A stretch of DNA of 64,000 nucleotides, from assembly GCA_051362555.1 (NCBI GenBank), contig CM120640.1, positions 20,894,001 to 20,958,000 on the forward strand, in the 5' to 3' direction. This document shows, piece after piece, positions 1 through 12,934 of the stretch. The notes below the pieces were generated by a model. That model did no database searches, was not told where the DNA came from, and saw only the letters and a program-made list of their open reading frames with translations. The position numbers were made by a program, and so were the translations under genes. The first letter of the stretch is position 1. The number at the start of each line of letters is the position of its first letter. This DNA comes from Lingula anatina (Eukaryota > Animalia > Brachiopoda).

Positions 1-59
1 CATTGATCACATATTTTGTAAAGTGATCATATACCACAGTGCCAAGAAAGCGTCGGGCG

Positions 60-400
60 TAAAAAGTTTTACTTCAGCAGTGAGACCAAAAGAAAGTTTT
101 CTGGCATTACATTTGCAAAACAGTAACTTTGCATCTGTAGCTAAATCCTTGTTGCTTGTTCTAAAACCGGATTTGGAGCTCTTACTTATTCTCATTTGGC
201 TCCACAAGGGCAAAAGTGTCACCTGGGCCAACTACATGTAGACCGGTCTTCCCTTTGTGTACTTCTCAAACGAACATGCTAGCATTTGTGACGTATGTTA
301 CAGATAGATATAGGGAGCCAAAGGGTGATCTGGTGTGAAACGTGACTTTTGATTTCATGATATCTTTCTAAAGCATACAAACATTTTATTATCTATACCA
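60..400 (+). mobile_element. Highly degenerate CR1/L2-group LINE ORF2 fragment
   Basis: Motifs spread across frames: FWHYICK, WLHKGKS..ANY..RPVFPLCTS (like PxHKG..NYRPISLL) and LSKAY (like DLSKAFD); many stops and frameshifts. Confidence 0.4.
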
Positions 401-873
401 AACACACAGCTGAACCATAATTAGAAGCAAATAATGAACATTGAACAATCCTCTGTCAGTGTTAGCGTCTTAACTGTGTTGCGTAAAATAGGCCAGTATT
501 CATCCCATTCTTCCTATATATGAACCCAAAAAGTTTTGTTCCTATGAAGTTTTTTCATTTATTCAGGGTCCCATGGACCATAGAGCAAGTCTAGCTTGGT
601 TGTCACTGGCAACCTTGGATAAATTTATTTATTCAAGATGACCGCCAATTTCAATTTCAACTGAACATAGAGGTTTGCATAATACCTGGCCCTTATAATT
701 AACACCGATCTGAGCGTGGTGTGTAACGAGGTATAAATTCACAGAGATTGTCTGGCGCAAGTCCATATAAAGCAGCATGAGCATATATTAAAAGTTTGTT
801 TTTTTTGTTTTTTTTTTTTTTTTACTGCGTTTATTCACTCAAAGAAAAAAAAGAAAATATACATATATAATGA

Positions 874-1241
874 AATATTTAAGCAGATAATCAAAGATTG
901 AATGCGTGTAATACAATGCTGATGATAATTACGGTAATTAAATACTAATAGATAAATAAAAAGAGCATAAATATAGATGTTCTCTCACTCACTCATCCAT
1001 ACATACATACTACGCGTATACATGCTTGTTGTGAGCTACATATCGGCAACTATAACATATATAATTAAATATTTAGACAGATAATCAAAGATTAAATGCA
1101 TATGATACTGATAATAATTACGGCAATTAAATACTGATAGATAAATAAGAACATAAATATATAGACATACTTTCACTCACTCATCCATCCATACATACTA
1201 CACGTATACATGCTTGTTGTGAACTACATAACGGCAACTAT
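874..1241. repeat. Two-copy tandem duplication, ~180-190 bp unit
   Basis: aaatattt..cagataatcaaagatt...cactcactcatccat...catgcttgttgtga..ctacata.cggcaactata occurs at ~874-1053 and ~1068-1241. Confidence 0.85.
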
Positions 1242-1259
1242 AGCGTACTAGAGGTGAAA

Positions 1260-1660
1260 TTTTTAACACGTTATGGTAGGAATGCGTTACTAGCCCAGGA
1301 TGTATTAACTGCCATATGAAAGAAACAATAATACATCGTTTTGTAGAATGTGTACGTGCAAGAAATTTTTGGATTGCATTTGAAAACTGGTGGAACATTC
1401 CGAATAATACCATACACTTCAGAAAAAATGAAAAAACTATAATGTACGGGTGTCTGTCAAGCGACCAGCGCGTAAAAGCTTTAAATTTCTGTATTATTGT
1501 GGCTAAACAATTCATAAACAAAAATTCAGAAAATCCATCAGTCTATGATTTTGAACTGTTTCTGCATTTTCTTAGTCAGAAGAAGAAAATAGAAAAATAC
1601 ATTGCTATAAAGACAGGAAAAGAAGATAGGTTTAATACAAAATGGAAACGTATATTAAAA
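1260..1660 (+). mobile_element. 3' fragment of an L1/Tx1 LINE ORF2 (C-terminal zinc finger region)
   Basis: Translation GCINCHMKETIIHRFVEC...FW...LNFCIIVAKQFI...KIEKYIA...FNTKW parallels the C-terminus of the full element at 7930-8300. Confidence 0.75.
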
Positions 1661-1719
1661 GTTTTGAAAGCCAGTAAAGTTCGATGTCTTTTAAGTCCCC
1701 ATATAGGTCCGAGTAAGAA

Positions 1720-1820
1720 GAAAATAGCTGAGTTTCTTCATTCTTTCTGTGATGCAACCATACAACAAGGAATTACAGTAATCAAACCTTGAAGTTACTA
1801 GGGCATAACCCACCACCATA
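1720..1820 (-). mobile_element. L2/CR1 LINE RT C-terminal fragment
   Basis: Minus-strand translation YALVTSRFDYCNSLLYG, a characteristic L2/CR1 post-RT motif. Confidence 0.7.
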
Positions 1821-1904
1821 GTGTTGACAACAAGTCACATATCGACAATATTATCATATACCGATATAGACTAGCCTACATATGCGATGGCCATTTAGTA
1901 AATA

Positions 1905-2153
1905 TCCTTTGTGAAGCATCTTCACGGCACAGTGGATTTCATCTTCGGACTGCATTGACGCTTATCAACCGTATGGGTGTGACGAAAAAGATCGACTGCG
2001 ACACACCCACCAACTGCAACATTTATTCCGTAACCATATTTGAATTGGAGAGTCGTATGAGGGTGGTTGTCCTCGTTTATTTCTATCAGAATCCTCGACG
2101 ACGTCTTTACATCAACCACAGGGTTATCACCATAGAGAAGAGGATAGTATAGT
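1905..2153 (+). other. Putative promoter and non-coding first exon of SGNH paralog 1
   Basis: 1905-2340 is homologous to 12935-13360; both carry GTAAGT at the same position (2154 and 13199); the coding exons of paralogs 1 and 2 have a pyrimidine tract and AG 13 nt before the ATG. Confidence 0.5.
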
Positions 2154-2966
2154 GTAAGTAAACGATCATCCCTGAAAATGTTTTATTCCTTTTTTTCTTT
2201 TTTCACTCTGGAGCGAGATAGTTGTTGATGACCCATAGAATGGTTATCATTTATACACTTTCAGAAACCTTTGCATAGATGATGTGCGCTATTATACTGT
2301 TCAATGGTAGGTTTGATGACTCCATTTCTTTTTTTTTTTATTTGACGAGAACAATTTTTAGACATTCAAGCGGACGTACCCACCTCACGTCTCTGTTACT
2401 GCAATATACCAAGGGCTATGCCACTGTGAAATTTTAAATACCCGGTAATTTTATGACTTTATCAACTTCATTCATCAATTTCAATTTAAAGATAGAGTCC
2501 TTGATAAAGTCCTTGATAAGATATTTTTGAATATATATCTGGAAATGACCGTAACACCTTTTTTATAATCAAAATTTGAGTATCATAAGTGTGCTATCCA
2601 ACTTTTTTAAAATTTAAAAAGGGGGAGCGAGAACGAGGCCAAGGAGGAGACAACGACCGTAAGAGAGCTCCTAGAATTTCTTACAAATTCAAACAATCGG
2701 TAAGAAATATTACAGCTATGGATACATAAATGTGTGAATACTAACTGTCTCCTGCGAATGGAAGCTGTTTAGCTGACTTGGTTTTTGTCATCAAGCTTTA
2801 TTTTGACATTGATCATAACGTATACCATAACTATACAACTGACAATAGATCGTGACAAGTGCGCTTCAATACAGGTGCATCGGTGAGTACTGCTCACCGG
2901 ATAAACAATAGTTTCAAGTCAGCCTTATTGCCTCGAAAACACATATCTCTCTATATATATATCACA

Positions 2967-3902
2967 ATGAGCTCAAATAATAAATCAAAATACTTTGATA
3001 CGATCAAAGATTCAAAGAGCTCTATGACAGACCGAATGAAAACCACAGCTGACAAGAAATCCACAAGTCAGCCAGCAAAAAGATCCCATAGTGAGGTTTC
3101 TAACACAAGTACAGAAGAAACATCTTTGATTTTGATAAAGCTAGACGAAATAGAATCTGAAATCAAAAATACTGTAAAAACAAATGATCTAAAAGATATT
3201 GTGCAAGAAATGGTCACGGAAACTGTCACTAAACTTTTACTTAATTTCAAAGACGAAATCGGGACAAATCTTGAAAAATTAGAAGACAAGCATAAATTAG
3301 ATATTGGAGAGCTAAGGGAAAGAATCGATTCACTGGAATTGGAAAATGACGCTCTCCGAGAACAGCTAGCGGGAAAAGAAAAGTCTCTCAGAAAGCTCAC
3401 GGAAACAGTGGAGCAAGCAAACTATGCGTCAAACAATGCTATCAAAATGGCGAACTATAATGAACAATATTCCCGGAAAAATAACATAAAAATCTACGGG
3501 GTGATAGAGAAGGAACATGAAAACACTCGGGATGTTGTGTGCAAGGTGCTTAAGGAACAGGGAGAAGTACAGATAACGGCTGATGACATCACGGCGGTGC
3601 ACAGAATTCCCGGTCGGCAAGGGTCTCCCCGGCCAATTCTAATGCATGTTAAAAACACGGAAATCAAGGTACGTATAATGCGGAGTAGATCTACCTTGAA
3701 AAGGCATGACAAAGGTGTTCGGCTGGCTGACGATATCACCAAGCTAAACGCTCAATTACTGCAGCGCCTAAAGGAAAACGAGCAAATTGAACAGTCGTGG
3801 TTTTATAATGGGAGCGTGTACGGTAAAGTGAGACACACTGGCCAGAGAATGAGATTTTCTATTGACGATGACATTGACAAGAAAGTTAGAATAAGAAAAT
3901 AA
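2967..3902 (+). CDS. LINE ORF1p (coiled coil plus L1 transposase-22-like RRM)
   Basis: Coiled coil followed by EQYSRKNNIKIYGV..E, DITAVHRIPG...PRPI and RLADDIT; first ATG at 2967. Confidence 0.85.
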   Translation: MSSNNKSKYFDTIKDSKSSMTDRMKTTADKKSTSQPAKRSHSEVSNTSTEETSLILIKLDEIESEIKNTVKTNDLKDIVQEMVTETVTKLLLNFKDEIGTNLEKLEDKHKLDIGELRERIDSLELENDALREQLAGKEKSLRKLTETVEQANYASNNAIKMANYNEQYSRKNNIKIYGVIEKEHENTRDVVCKVLKEQGEVQITADDITAVHRIPGRQGSPRPILMHVKNTEIKVRIMRSRSTLKRHDKGVRLADDITKLNAQLLQRLKENEQIEQSWFYNGSVYGKVRHTGQRMRFSIDDDIDKKVRIRK

Positions 3903-4598
3903 AACATTAAACCAAATATATTTTGATTAAAAACCAATATATGATGAGTTACATTCCATTCTCCTTCTATACAAATATGCTTTATTACTTAAGGAGGAGA
4001 TTGGATCTAGTGGAAACTATATGAATTCTCTCTTGATACTGGTATGTGATATATTGTTTAGTAGTTTACGTACCCCCTTGAATACTGTTACAGTCTGGAG
4101 GTACGACTGTGCCAGTGGTATAGAAACTATATGTCATTTCTCTAGATTACTATGTGTTTACTGTTTACCTCTCTGAAAGACCTGATATATATGAAACTTA
4201 GTGGATGTATGTAAAAGAGTAACGGATGGCTTTACTGCAGCCTGAACTCATTACGCCAATTCTTAAAAAAAAAAAAAATCTACACATACGAAAATGAGAT
4301 TATGTAAATATTGGATAATTACATGAACATTGTTTTTTGCAGAGACAGAGGGGTTTTCCTGTTTGTACTGTATGTAGTCATGCTATCATTCGCAGGATAG
4401 GCAACAGCTGTCCGAAGAGGAGGCCTCCTGATATATGTGTTTACCACTCAGTGTTGTACCTTTAATGTTTGTCTGTGGTGTCGATTTGTGTGAATGGGTG
4501 AATGTATGTGTTTATAATTACGTGTTGATAATGCCTAGACTACTTGCGGAAGTATCGTCCTTTTTATTGGTTAAATATTTATTATTAGATTCTAAGTA

Positions 4599-7500
4599 AT
4601 GGTTAAAATAGTAAGTCTGAATTGTCGAGGACTCAGTAGCAATATGGTGAAAAGGAGAGATATTTTTCATAAATGCAGGTCCAAATATGACATCGCTATA
4701 TTGATTGATACTCACAGTGAGAAGAAAAACGAAAGCTTGTGGAAAAATGAATGGGGTGGGGACGCGGTTTTTTGTTCACTAACTAGTTGCAAAAGAGGTG
4801 TTGGCATCTTATTCAAATCTTCCTTTGACTTTAAAATCCACAAAGAGATTAAAGATCCTAGAGGTAGTTACCTATTACTAGACATTGAAATTCAGGGCAC
4901 GAGACTCACGCTAGGCGCTATTTATGGACCAAACAATGACGATCCGTCTTTCTTTAAGGAGATCCAAAATAAAATTGAAGTAATTGGAAATACCTCAATA
5001 ATACTTGGGGGGGACTGGAACGTACCACTTGATTACATAACTGACACCGATAATTACCTACACAACAACAACACAAAGGCAAACCGAGAAATTGTCCGCA
5101 TAATGGACAGTTTGGATTTAATTGATATCTGGCGAGAAATGAATGCGGAATGTAGAAAATTTACGTGGTTTGGACCAAATAAGAAAAAAAGCAGACTTGA
5201 CTATTTTTTGATTTCTTCTGATTTACAAGACATAGCTGTTGCTGCTGGCATGGATTTTGCTTATAAATCAGACCACTCTCCAGTAAACATGGAGATTAAT
5301 TTTATTCAAATTGAAAGAGGAAGGGGGACGTGGAAATTCAACAACAGTCTGTTAGGCGATTGGAATTATGTAAACTTAATTAAAAAAACCATAAAAGAAG
5401 TGATAAAGCAGTACAGGACAGACGATAATGAAAACGTGGAAATGGCAGAATTTAATATTGACGATTGTTTACTATGGGAAACCTTAAAATTTAGTATTAG
5501 AGGTGAAACGATTAAATACGCATCCTATAAAAAGAGAGAAGCAGAAAAAGAAGAAAAAATAATAAGTGAAGAATTGAACAAATTATATGGCTCTCTAAAC
5601 AACAGTGATGATGAGACTATTCGGTTGGCAATTCGGGGAAAAGAAGATGAATTGAAAAGTATACGTGACAAAAAAATTGAGGGGATTATTTTAAGGGCAA
5701 AAGCAAAATGGAAAGTAGAAGGAGAAAAAAGTTCAAAATATTTTCTTAATTTAGAAAAAAGGAATTATTGTGAGAAATCGATATCTAAATTGAGGAGGAA
5801 GGACGGAAAAGAAATAACAAATATTCACGATATCTTAAAAGAACAAAAAAGCTACTATAGCGATTTATACCAATCAAAAGACACTCTAATGGATAACGTC
5901 CATAGTTATACCTTTTTCAATGACGAAAATCCATTTATTAAAAAACTTCCAGAAGAAAAAAAGATTACTATGAATGGCTCTCTGTCCCAAACAGAATGTC
6001 TCAAAGTACTTAAGAAAATGAAGAATGGAAAATCTCCTGGTTTAGATGGCTATACGGTAGAATTCTATAAATTCTTTTGGACTGATCTTAAAGAGCCTCT
6101 GCTTAGGTCACTGAATAAATCCTTTGAGGTACAGTCAATGTCTACATCTCAACGCCAAGGTATAATCAAGTGTATACCAAAAGAGGGGAAGGAGAAAGTA
6201 TTCCTTAAGAATTGGCGTCCAATTCTGGATTTGTTAAAGGTCGGTATATAGGCGAATGTTCCAGAACTATTCAAGATATCATCCATAAAACAGAAAAAGA
6301 TGACATTTCAGGAATTTTATTAATGCTAGATTTCGAAAAAGCTTTTGATTCTGTAGAGTGGGCATATATTTTGCAGTGTCTTAAATTTTTTAATTTTAGT
6401 GAAGATATTCAAAACTGGTTCAAAACCCTTTACTCCAATGTTTCCACTGCAGTGGAAAATAATGGACATCTAACAGAATTCTTTAATGTCAGTCGGGGTG
6501 TTAGACAGGGTGATCCTCTGTCCCCTTACATATTTATTATCTGCATAGAATTGCTCAGCGCGGCGGTCAAATTTGATCCAAACATAAAAGGGATCTTACT
6601 GAATAACTCAGAATACGTCATTACACAATACGCAGATGACTCTACGCTTCATCTAGCAGATGATAGAGAGTCATTGAATGCAGCTCTGGATATGCTAGAA
6701 TTGTTCTCTCAATGTTCAGGATTGAAAATAAACTTTGAAAAAAGCCAGGCTGTTTGGATTGGAGCAAAGCGCTGCTGTGGTGAGGAGTATCAAACCTCTA
6801 AAAGTATATTTTGGAATCATAGTGGGAAATTTAAACTACTGGGTATTTGGTATAACCTAGCAAAGGATGACATTTATGAAGAAAATTTTAAAGAAAAATT
6901 ACATTCCATCAAATTGTTGTTAAATGATTGGTCGTTCCGTCACATTTCACTCCTAGGTAAAGTAACTATTTTAAAATCCTTGGCACTCCCTACCATCATC
7001 CAAATATTAACTGTCCTTCCTATGCCTGCTGATCTTTTTTTTAAAGATTTGGAGCGAGTTTTTTATCGCTTTATTTGGAACAGTAAAATAGATAAAGTTA
7101 AGAGAAATGTTATGATTAATTCTTATGAAAACGGTGGATTAAAGGTCCCCGAGGTGAAATCCTTCATTATGATATGGCTAAAGAAATTGGTAAATCCACA
7201 TAATTATTCTTCGTGGAAAACTCTTTTGATGGATGAGATTGCGGAAATCGGGGGAATTGACGTATTGCTACTTCCCTCGAAGGGCCTACAGTCTATACGC
7301 AATATTAATATACTAAATACTTTCTGGAAAGAGATTTTGGGAATATGGGCTTCTGTGCAAGAATTTTCTACTACTTCTCCGGATGATATCCTAGCACAAC
7401 CTTTATGGGGAAATGATCATATTAAGATCAATAAAAAGATAATCTTCTATAAACCTTGGTTTCGAAAAGGAGTGCTTTACGTTAATGACCTGATTGATAA

Positions 7501-8302
7501 TACTGGTTCAGTAAAAAGTCTAGACGTTTTTTGTGATGAATATAATATAGATTGTAATTTCCTTGACTATCAAGCCGTCATCAGCGCTTTACCTTCTGCC
7601 TGGAAAACTGTTATAAGAGGGTGTCAAAAGAATCTTGCAGCAATAACAAATAAAAATCTCGTATTATTAAAATCGAAAAACAAATTAACGAAACTCTTTT
7701 ACCCGAAATTTATTTCGGATAAGGAAGCAATACCTCTTAACATCCATAATAAGTGGATGGAAAAGCTGAACATTGATTTTCCAAGTGAAAAGTGGAAGCT
7801 AGTTCATGCATTGCCCTTTCGAGAAACCAATGATCATAAACTTCTCACATTGCAATTTAGAATTTTACATAGAATTTATTTTACGAACTCGATGCTTTTT
7901 AAATACAATATGTTAGAACATGAGCGATGCACTTTCTGTAATGACCCAAAAGAAACTTTATTGCATATTTTCTGGGACTGTACATATGTTCAAGCTATTT
8001 GGACTTGTCTCATTCAGAACCTACGTACACAGTACTCTGTTGAATTAAAACATCAACCGTGCTTGTTTATATTTGGAATCCTGGACGACAGCCCTCTCTT
8101 AGGTATTAATCTACTACTTCTCTATATAAAGAAATATTTCACTTTATGTAGACAGAATAAAATTACACCTCTTTGGAATGCCTGCAAAAAGTATTTGGAA
8201 AAGCAAAAGATAATAGATTTTCAATCTTTATACCTACTGGGTCCTCAAAAGGCAGATAATCTAAGGAAAAAATGGGACAGTATAGAAAAAATATTGATAT
8301 GA
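4599..8302 (+). pseudogene. LINE ORF2p (APE endonuclease, RT, zinc finger), frameshifted at ~6225
   Basis: SLNCRGL, GGDWN, SRLDYFL and SDH (APE); KSPGLDG, NWRPI, DFEKAFD, RQGDPLS and QYADD (RT); CTFC..ETLLHIFWDC. The segment normally between NWRPI and GFVKGR is missing and the frame shifts there. Confidence 0.92.
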
Positions 8303-8520
8303 ATAAAAAAGAACATTTGTTGTAGACTAGGCCTAATAAGATTCTTTTATTTAAAAAAAAAATTCTACATGTAATTTTAATCAACATTTGTAAGAACTTC
8401 GTTTGTAGTGTGTGAATGGTGTGTGGAAGGTGTATTTGTCTCTTATTGTGTTGTACATGTCTTGTATTAATTTTCGTGAATAAAAAAAAAAAAAAAAAAA
8501 CTTTTTTAAAATTAAAATTG

Positions 8521-8752
8521 TAAATAATAATAATAATAATAATAATAATTGAATTCCCACGTATTTCATGTTAATCCCAATCTGCTTTAACTGAGTCGTC
8601 AGTCTTTGGTGTGCTACCAAATGCTCCCACTACAACTGGCATGACCTGTTTATTCTTCTTCTCTTCTTCTTATTTAAATTTTTTTAGGAGTTAATTTCTG
8701 TCATTCCAGTAAATACAGTATAAGGAAAGAATGTATATATATTTATACAAAA

Positions 8753-8802
<50 letters not shown>

Positions 8803-8940
8803 TTTGCCTACTTATACGCTCTCAAGCTTTCTTGTACAAATGTATAATACGTACAAGTGCATATACATGCACATGTTTATATCTTTCCAAGTATTTGTAT
8901 ATCCACACGTACACACATGCACACACATGCACACACACAT
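8521..8940. repeat. Microsatellites (TAA)n, (TA)n and (CA)-rich
   Basis: (TAA)n at ~8523-8548, (TA)n at ~8755-8798, CA-rich tract at ~8910-8940. Confidence 0.9.
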
Positions 8941-9237
8941 ATACTCTTGTGCTCGTAGCTAACAAACTTCGTTATATGCCCTAAAATACAATTTATAACT
9001 GTCAAATAGTCTATTATAAGAAGCATGTAAAGGCCAACGGTGATAATAAACAATACTTTGTCAATAAGATTATTAACAAAAGTAAATTGCCGAAGTATAT
9101 AGATTTAACGTGTGTAAAGGCAGGTTATTTAGCACAAAATATTTATGGCAGAGATAATTACATTGTTTATACCAAGTAAGTATTCGTTTGAAAGTTGTGT
9201 ATTTGAAATTTTATTTACTTCTAGGTCTCCCTTAAAG

Positions 9238-10409
9238 ATGGGCGCAAAACAACTTCTACCAAACCTGCGACGCAAAAGTGGTTTATTTCTTATACTATTC
9301 GCCATCATAGCGCTGGGTATTTATCTGGACTCAAATAAACTTAGAGCGAATATTGATAATGTATGGTTTGAGAGTGTTCATAATAGAAACATGAAAAAAG
9401 CAAATGATCAAGTTCACCAATGCAGATAGGTAATTTAGATTTTCTACAGCGATACCTGAAAAAAAAACAAAAGGTTTCTAGGATACGGAAAATGGGTAAA
9501 CAGAAAATGGCTGCCCGAAGAGTGCATTATTCCAGAGTTACAGAGCCCTGCTCAGCTTGTTTCATGTTTAAAAAGGAAAAAGATAGACAAGATAGGACAG
9601 ACTGGAGACTCTCAATCGATGAAATATATGGCGGCTATGAAACGGGGTGAAGGGATTTTCAAGTGCAAGGAACTTAAAAGGGAAACTAGAAGTATAAGAA
9701 CACCCTCTCCGAGTTATTTAAGCCCTCCTTTGGACAAAAAATATTTAACAGTTGCAAACAGAGACTGCAATGGGTGTGCTGGAGAGCTGGTTCGATGCAC
9801 ATTACCAAATGGCAACGTCACTTCTGACATAGAAGTGTTAATAACCGAATTTATAAAAGACCACGAAATTACCACAAAAAGAAACTTCTGGAAAGGTGAT
9901 TGTGATATCAGGCTGAAGCAAATTAACCAGATATATTGCCAAGACTCTGTTACAACGCAAGAAGTGTATTTCCGCGAGTATTGGCCGCTGTCAGGTTATC
10001 CAGATGTTATTAACATATACGCTGTACATGTACACGAGGCACAGAAACGAACGCCCCGTGATTTTGCCCGTGATTTTACTTGGTTCATTGACCTCATTGT
10101 CTCTGTTATACCAAAAACAACTAAAATATTATATTGGAATTCACCGCAGGTCAGGTCGATCCTTCAAAGCAACCAGCCAAATGGAGGGATGTTACGAGCA
10201 ATGAATTCATCAAGCAGTTGAATGCAATCAGCGCATCTGTGATAAGGAAGTATATAATTGAGAAAAATGCAACCAATTTATACCCCATGTTTGACTTGTA
10301 TGAAATTTCAAAAGACGTATTGCACTGGAATAGGGATGGTGTTCACTTTGAACCAATATGGTACAAGACCGTCATATCCTTGTTTTGGGCCACGTTGTGC
10401 CAAAGTTGA
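9238..10409 (+). pseudogene. SGNH/PC-esterase-like paralog 1, frameshifted
   Basis: Colinear with the intact paralogs; -1 shift at ~9420 giving TAG at 9427-9429, compensating +1 in the A-run at ~9460, 5-bp duplication (caggtcaggtc) at ~10146-10156; GDSQ and DGVH motifs retained; acceptor AG at 9223-9224. Confidence 0.85.
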
Positions 10410-10616
10410 GTTTTTGGAATTATTCAAATTATGAGCACACTGTAGAAATTGCATACAGATACTCAGTACAGAATTAAACGGTGTTTGAAGACGATGACGA
10501 CTCCGAATATTTTTTCTTTAGATGTCAGAACAAGATGTATAGTATATGCATTTATTAAACTTTCATATGACTTCGAGTGCTATAATGTGATACTATTTGC
10601 AGCAGCCATGGCTGCA

Positions 10617-10870
10617 CAGGCCCGTAGCCTGCAATCACAAAAGGGGGGTTCTTTTTCTGAAAAATTGGACCTTTTATCATGAAACCTTAATGAACGTAGA
10701 TAAATTTTTTTGTTTAATACGAATATCAACAGGCCTGTAGCCAGCAATTTCAAATGGGGGGGGGGGAGGGGTTCGTTTTCTGAAAAAGTGGACCTTTTAC
10801 CATTATACCATCATGTACCTAGATCAAATTTTATCCAAAGTGGACCTTTTCTCAGCAAAAAGGGCGGATC
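10617..10870. mobile_element. Two partial copies of the CAGGCCCGTAGCC MITE
   Basis: caggcccgtagcc at 10617 and caggcctgtagcc at ~10729, followed by the same internal sequence as 49804-49973. Confidence 0.7.
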
Positions 10871-12934
10871 TAGGTACATGATGGTATGCATTAAATTAAA
10901 GTTTTCTGCATCTGAAAGTAACTTTGTTAAAGATATTTTAGAAGCTACTGTCATAGCCCTGTGATAGTATAAAGGATGCGTACATGGCATCAAATCAAAA
11001 CGGAGCTTATTCTAGTACAAAAAATGGTTGCATTTCATCATAATAAAACACAATGTGCACCTGGGGCTAGTTGGACCATTTGGCTGGGGGTAAATTGGAC
11101 CCTGCATCTTGTTATGATTTTTCAAAACAAATTCACAATCTTGAAGAAAAAGTATAACAACATCAATATATCAGCTTCATATGGACTAGTAGAGCAAATC
11201 TTATTTAGTTGTCACCTTGGCGACTTTGGACAGCTTTCAGTATTCAAGATGGCTACCATTTTTTTTTTTTTTTTAATATACATCCTTGCCTATAAAAATC
11301 CCTCATTACGTAAGAACTACTTCAAATGACAGCAGAGTGATATGGTTATGAGGATATCTCGGCAACAAATCACACGCCTGTAGGGGTCCATGCTCCACCC
11401 TACCCAGGTTCTTCTAATATTTCACTTGTCACTGATGCATGGGAGAGGGAATATAACCACAAACTCACATATTCAGTCCCAACTCTTTATTAGGTCCAAA
11501 CATTCAGCATTTATACACATTATCTACAAGGGAATCTACATGTACAGTACCTGCATGCCACAGTGGCAGCAACTCATTTAAATACTAATTGCAATGCAAA
11601 AGATAATAAGTGAGAGTTTCTTCTTATCAGTTATATCAGTTCTACTTATCAGGTATAGGGACAGTCGGTCATCCGGGCACTTTACCTTAGCAACCGGCAT
11701 CTGGGGTAAAACAAATCGGGCAACATGGCAGATCGCATTGACTTCTATGTAAAAGTTGGCAGGCTTTATCCGAAGATATCATACTTCACAGTGCCTGACC
11801 ACTTGTGTCAGTGAGGATGAGTTATTTACCTGGTTGATTTCCTTTACAGGCTTTTGTAATTAGCTGCTGCACACCTGGTTAAGAGATAAAATCGGCCTTA
11901 ACTGCCGATCGTTATCTGTGATCAGGAATCTTACAGTAGTAGATTGCAAAGACTCATTTGCTTACCTGGATGAGAATAATATTCACATCTCATTGAAAAG
12001 AAAACCATATGGAAGCAACTGATATTATCAAGGAAGGTTTCAATTGTACTAATAACTGTTGACGTTGCATATTGCAGACACATATGACGGGTACATTTTG
12101 CAGGTCTACTGAAGTGAACCGGTACTGTTTAACTCTCAGGCACGTACAAAAGTTAAATGGTGGAAGCTTGCTGTGTATCAGGTGACACTACCAACACATT
12201 AATAAAATCTAATGGGATTTGTTAAATTTCAAAGATCAACGGAAAAGTAAACGACTGTTGCAGGCTAAAGGTCGTGCAAACGTGACTAAAGACGAGACTG
12301 TTGATCGAAACAAGATTTGGTCGTAGCTATACATGCACTACAAGATTTGTGTATGTGTGTATAGTTCATTTTATTATAGATAAGGAGAAAGTCATTGTAC
12401 CTTGTTTGGTATTTATGTTTTTCATTTGTTACAGGAATTAATTAGTAGTAGTTACAAGAAATTGAGATTGCATCTTGTTTTGGCATGTGTGACGGTATAT
12501 CAATTCTTATAGTTAAAATTAATGGACTATAATGTCAAACTTTTTTGTTGTAAGTTAATTGATGGCGTCATAAAGGTAAGAAAAAATATGTACGTCAATA
12601 TATTGACAAACTTGTGAGGTAATGTCTAAATCTTTAAGTTATCAAAGTAAAATTTTTAAAAAGTTGCCATAGATAAAGCGACCTATTACAGGGGATGATA
12701 AATATTCATTCGAGACTGAAGCAAACTGAATGCTGACTGGTTATATAAACATAATGTGTAAATGAGTGAGTTTATCTCTTGCCGTCAGTGGACCTTTACA
12801 CGCCGATAAGAATGTCACATACCGATTTACCAGAAATACCCTACATGTGTAATGGCCATAAATAAGCCTGGGGAAAGGGAGGCAGACCAAGAGATAAGGT
12901 CATGCGTCCAAGGATTCTCTTTAATTTAGTATAC

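Larger units (their letters stand above)
2621..8500 (+). mobile_element. Full-length L1/Tx1-clade non-LTR retrotransposon, inactivated by an internal deletion
   Basis: Starts GGGGGAG; ORF1, ~700-bp spacer, ORF2; AATAAA running into poly(A) at ~8479-8500; flanked by TSD acttttttaaaatt (2601 and 8500). Confidence 0.92.

Noticed and set aside
3068-3742. Antisense ORFs over LINE ORF1, and similar shadows over DIRS, Penelope and PARP exons
   Set aside because: Shadow frames of real coding sequence with no motifs of their own.
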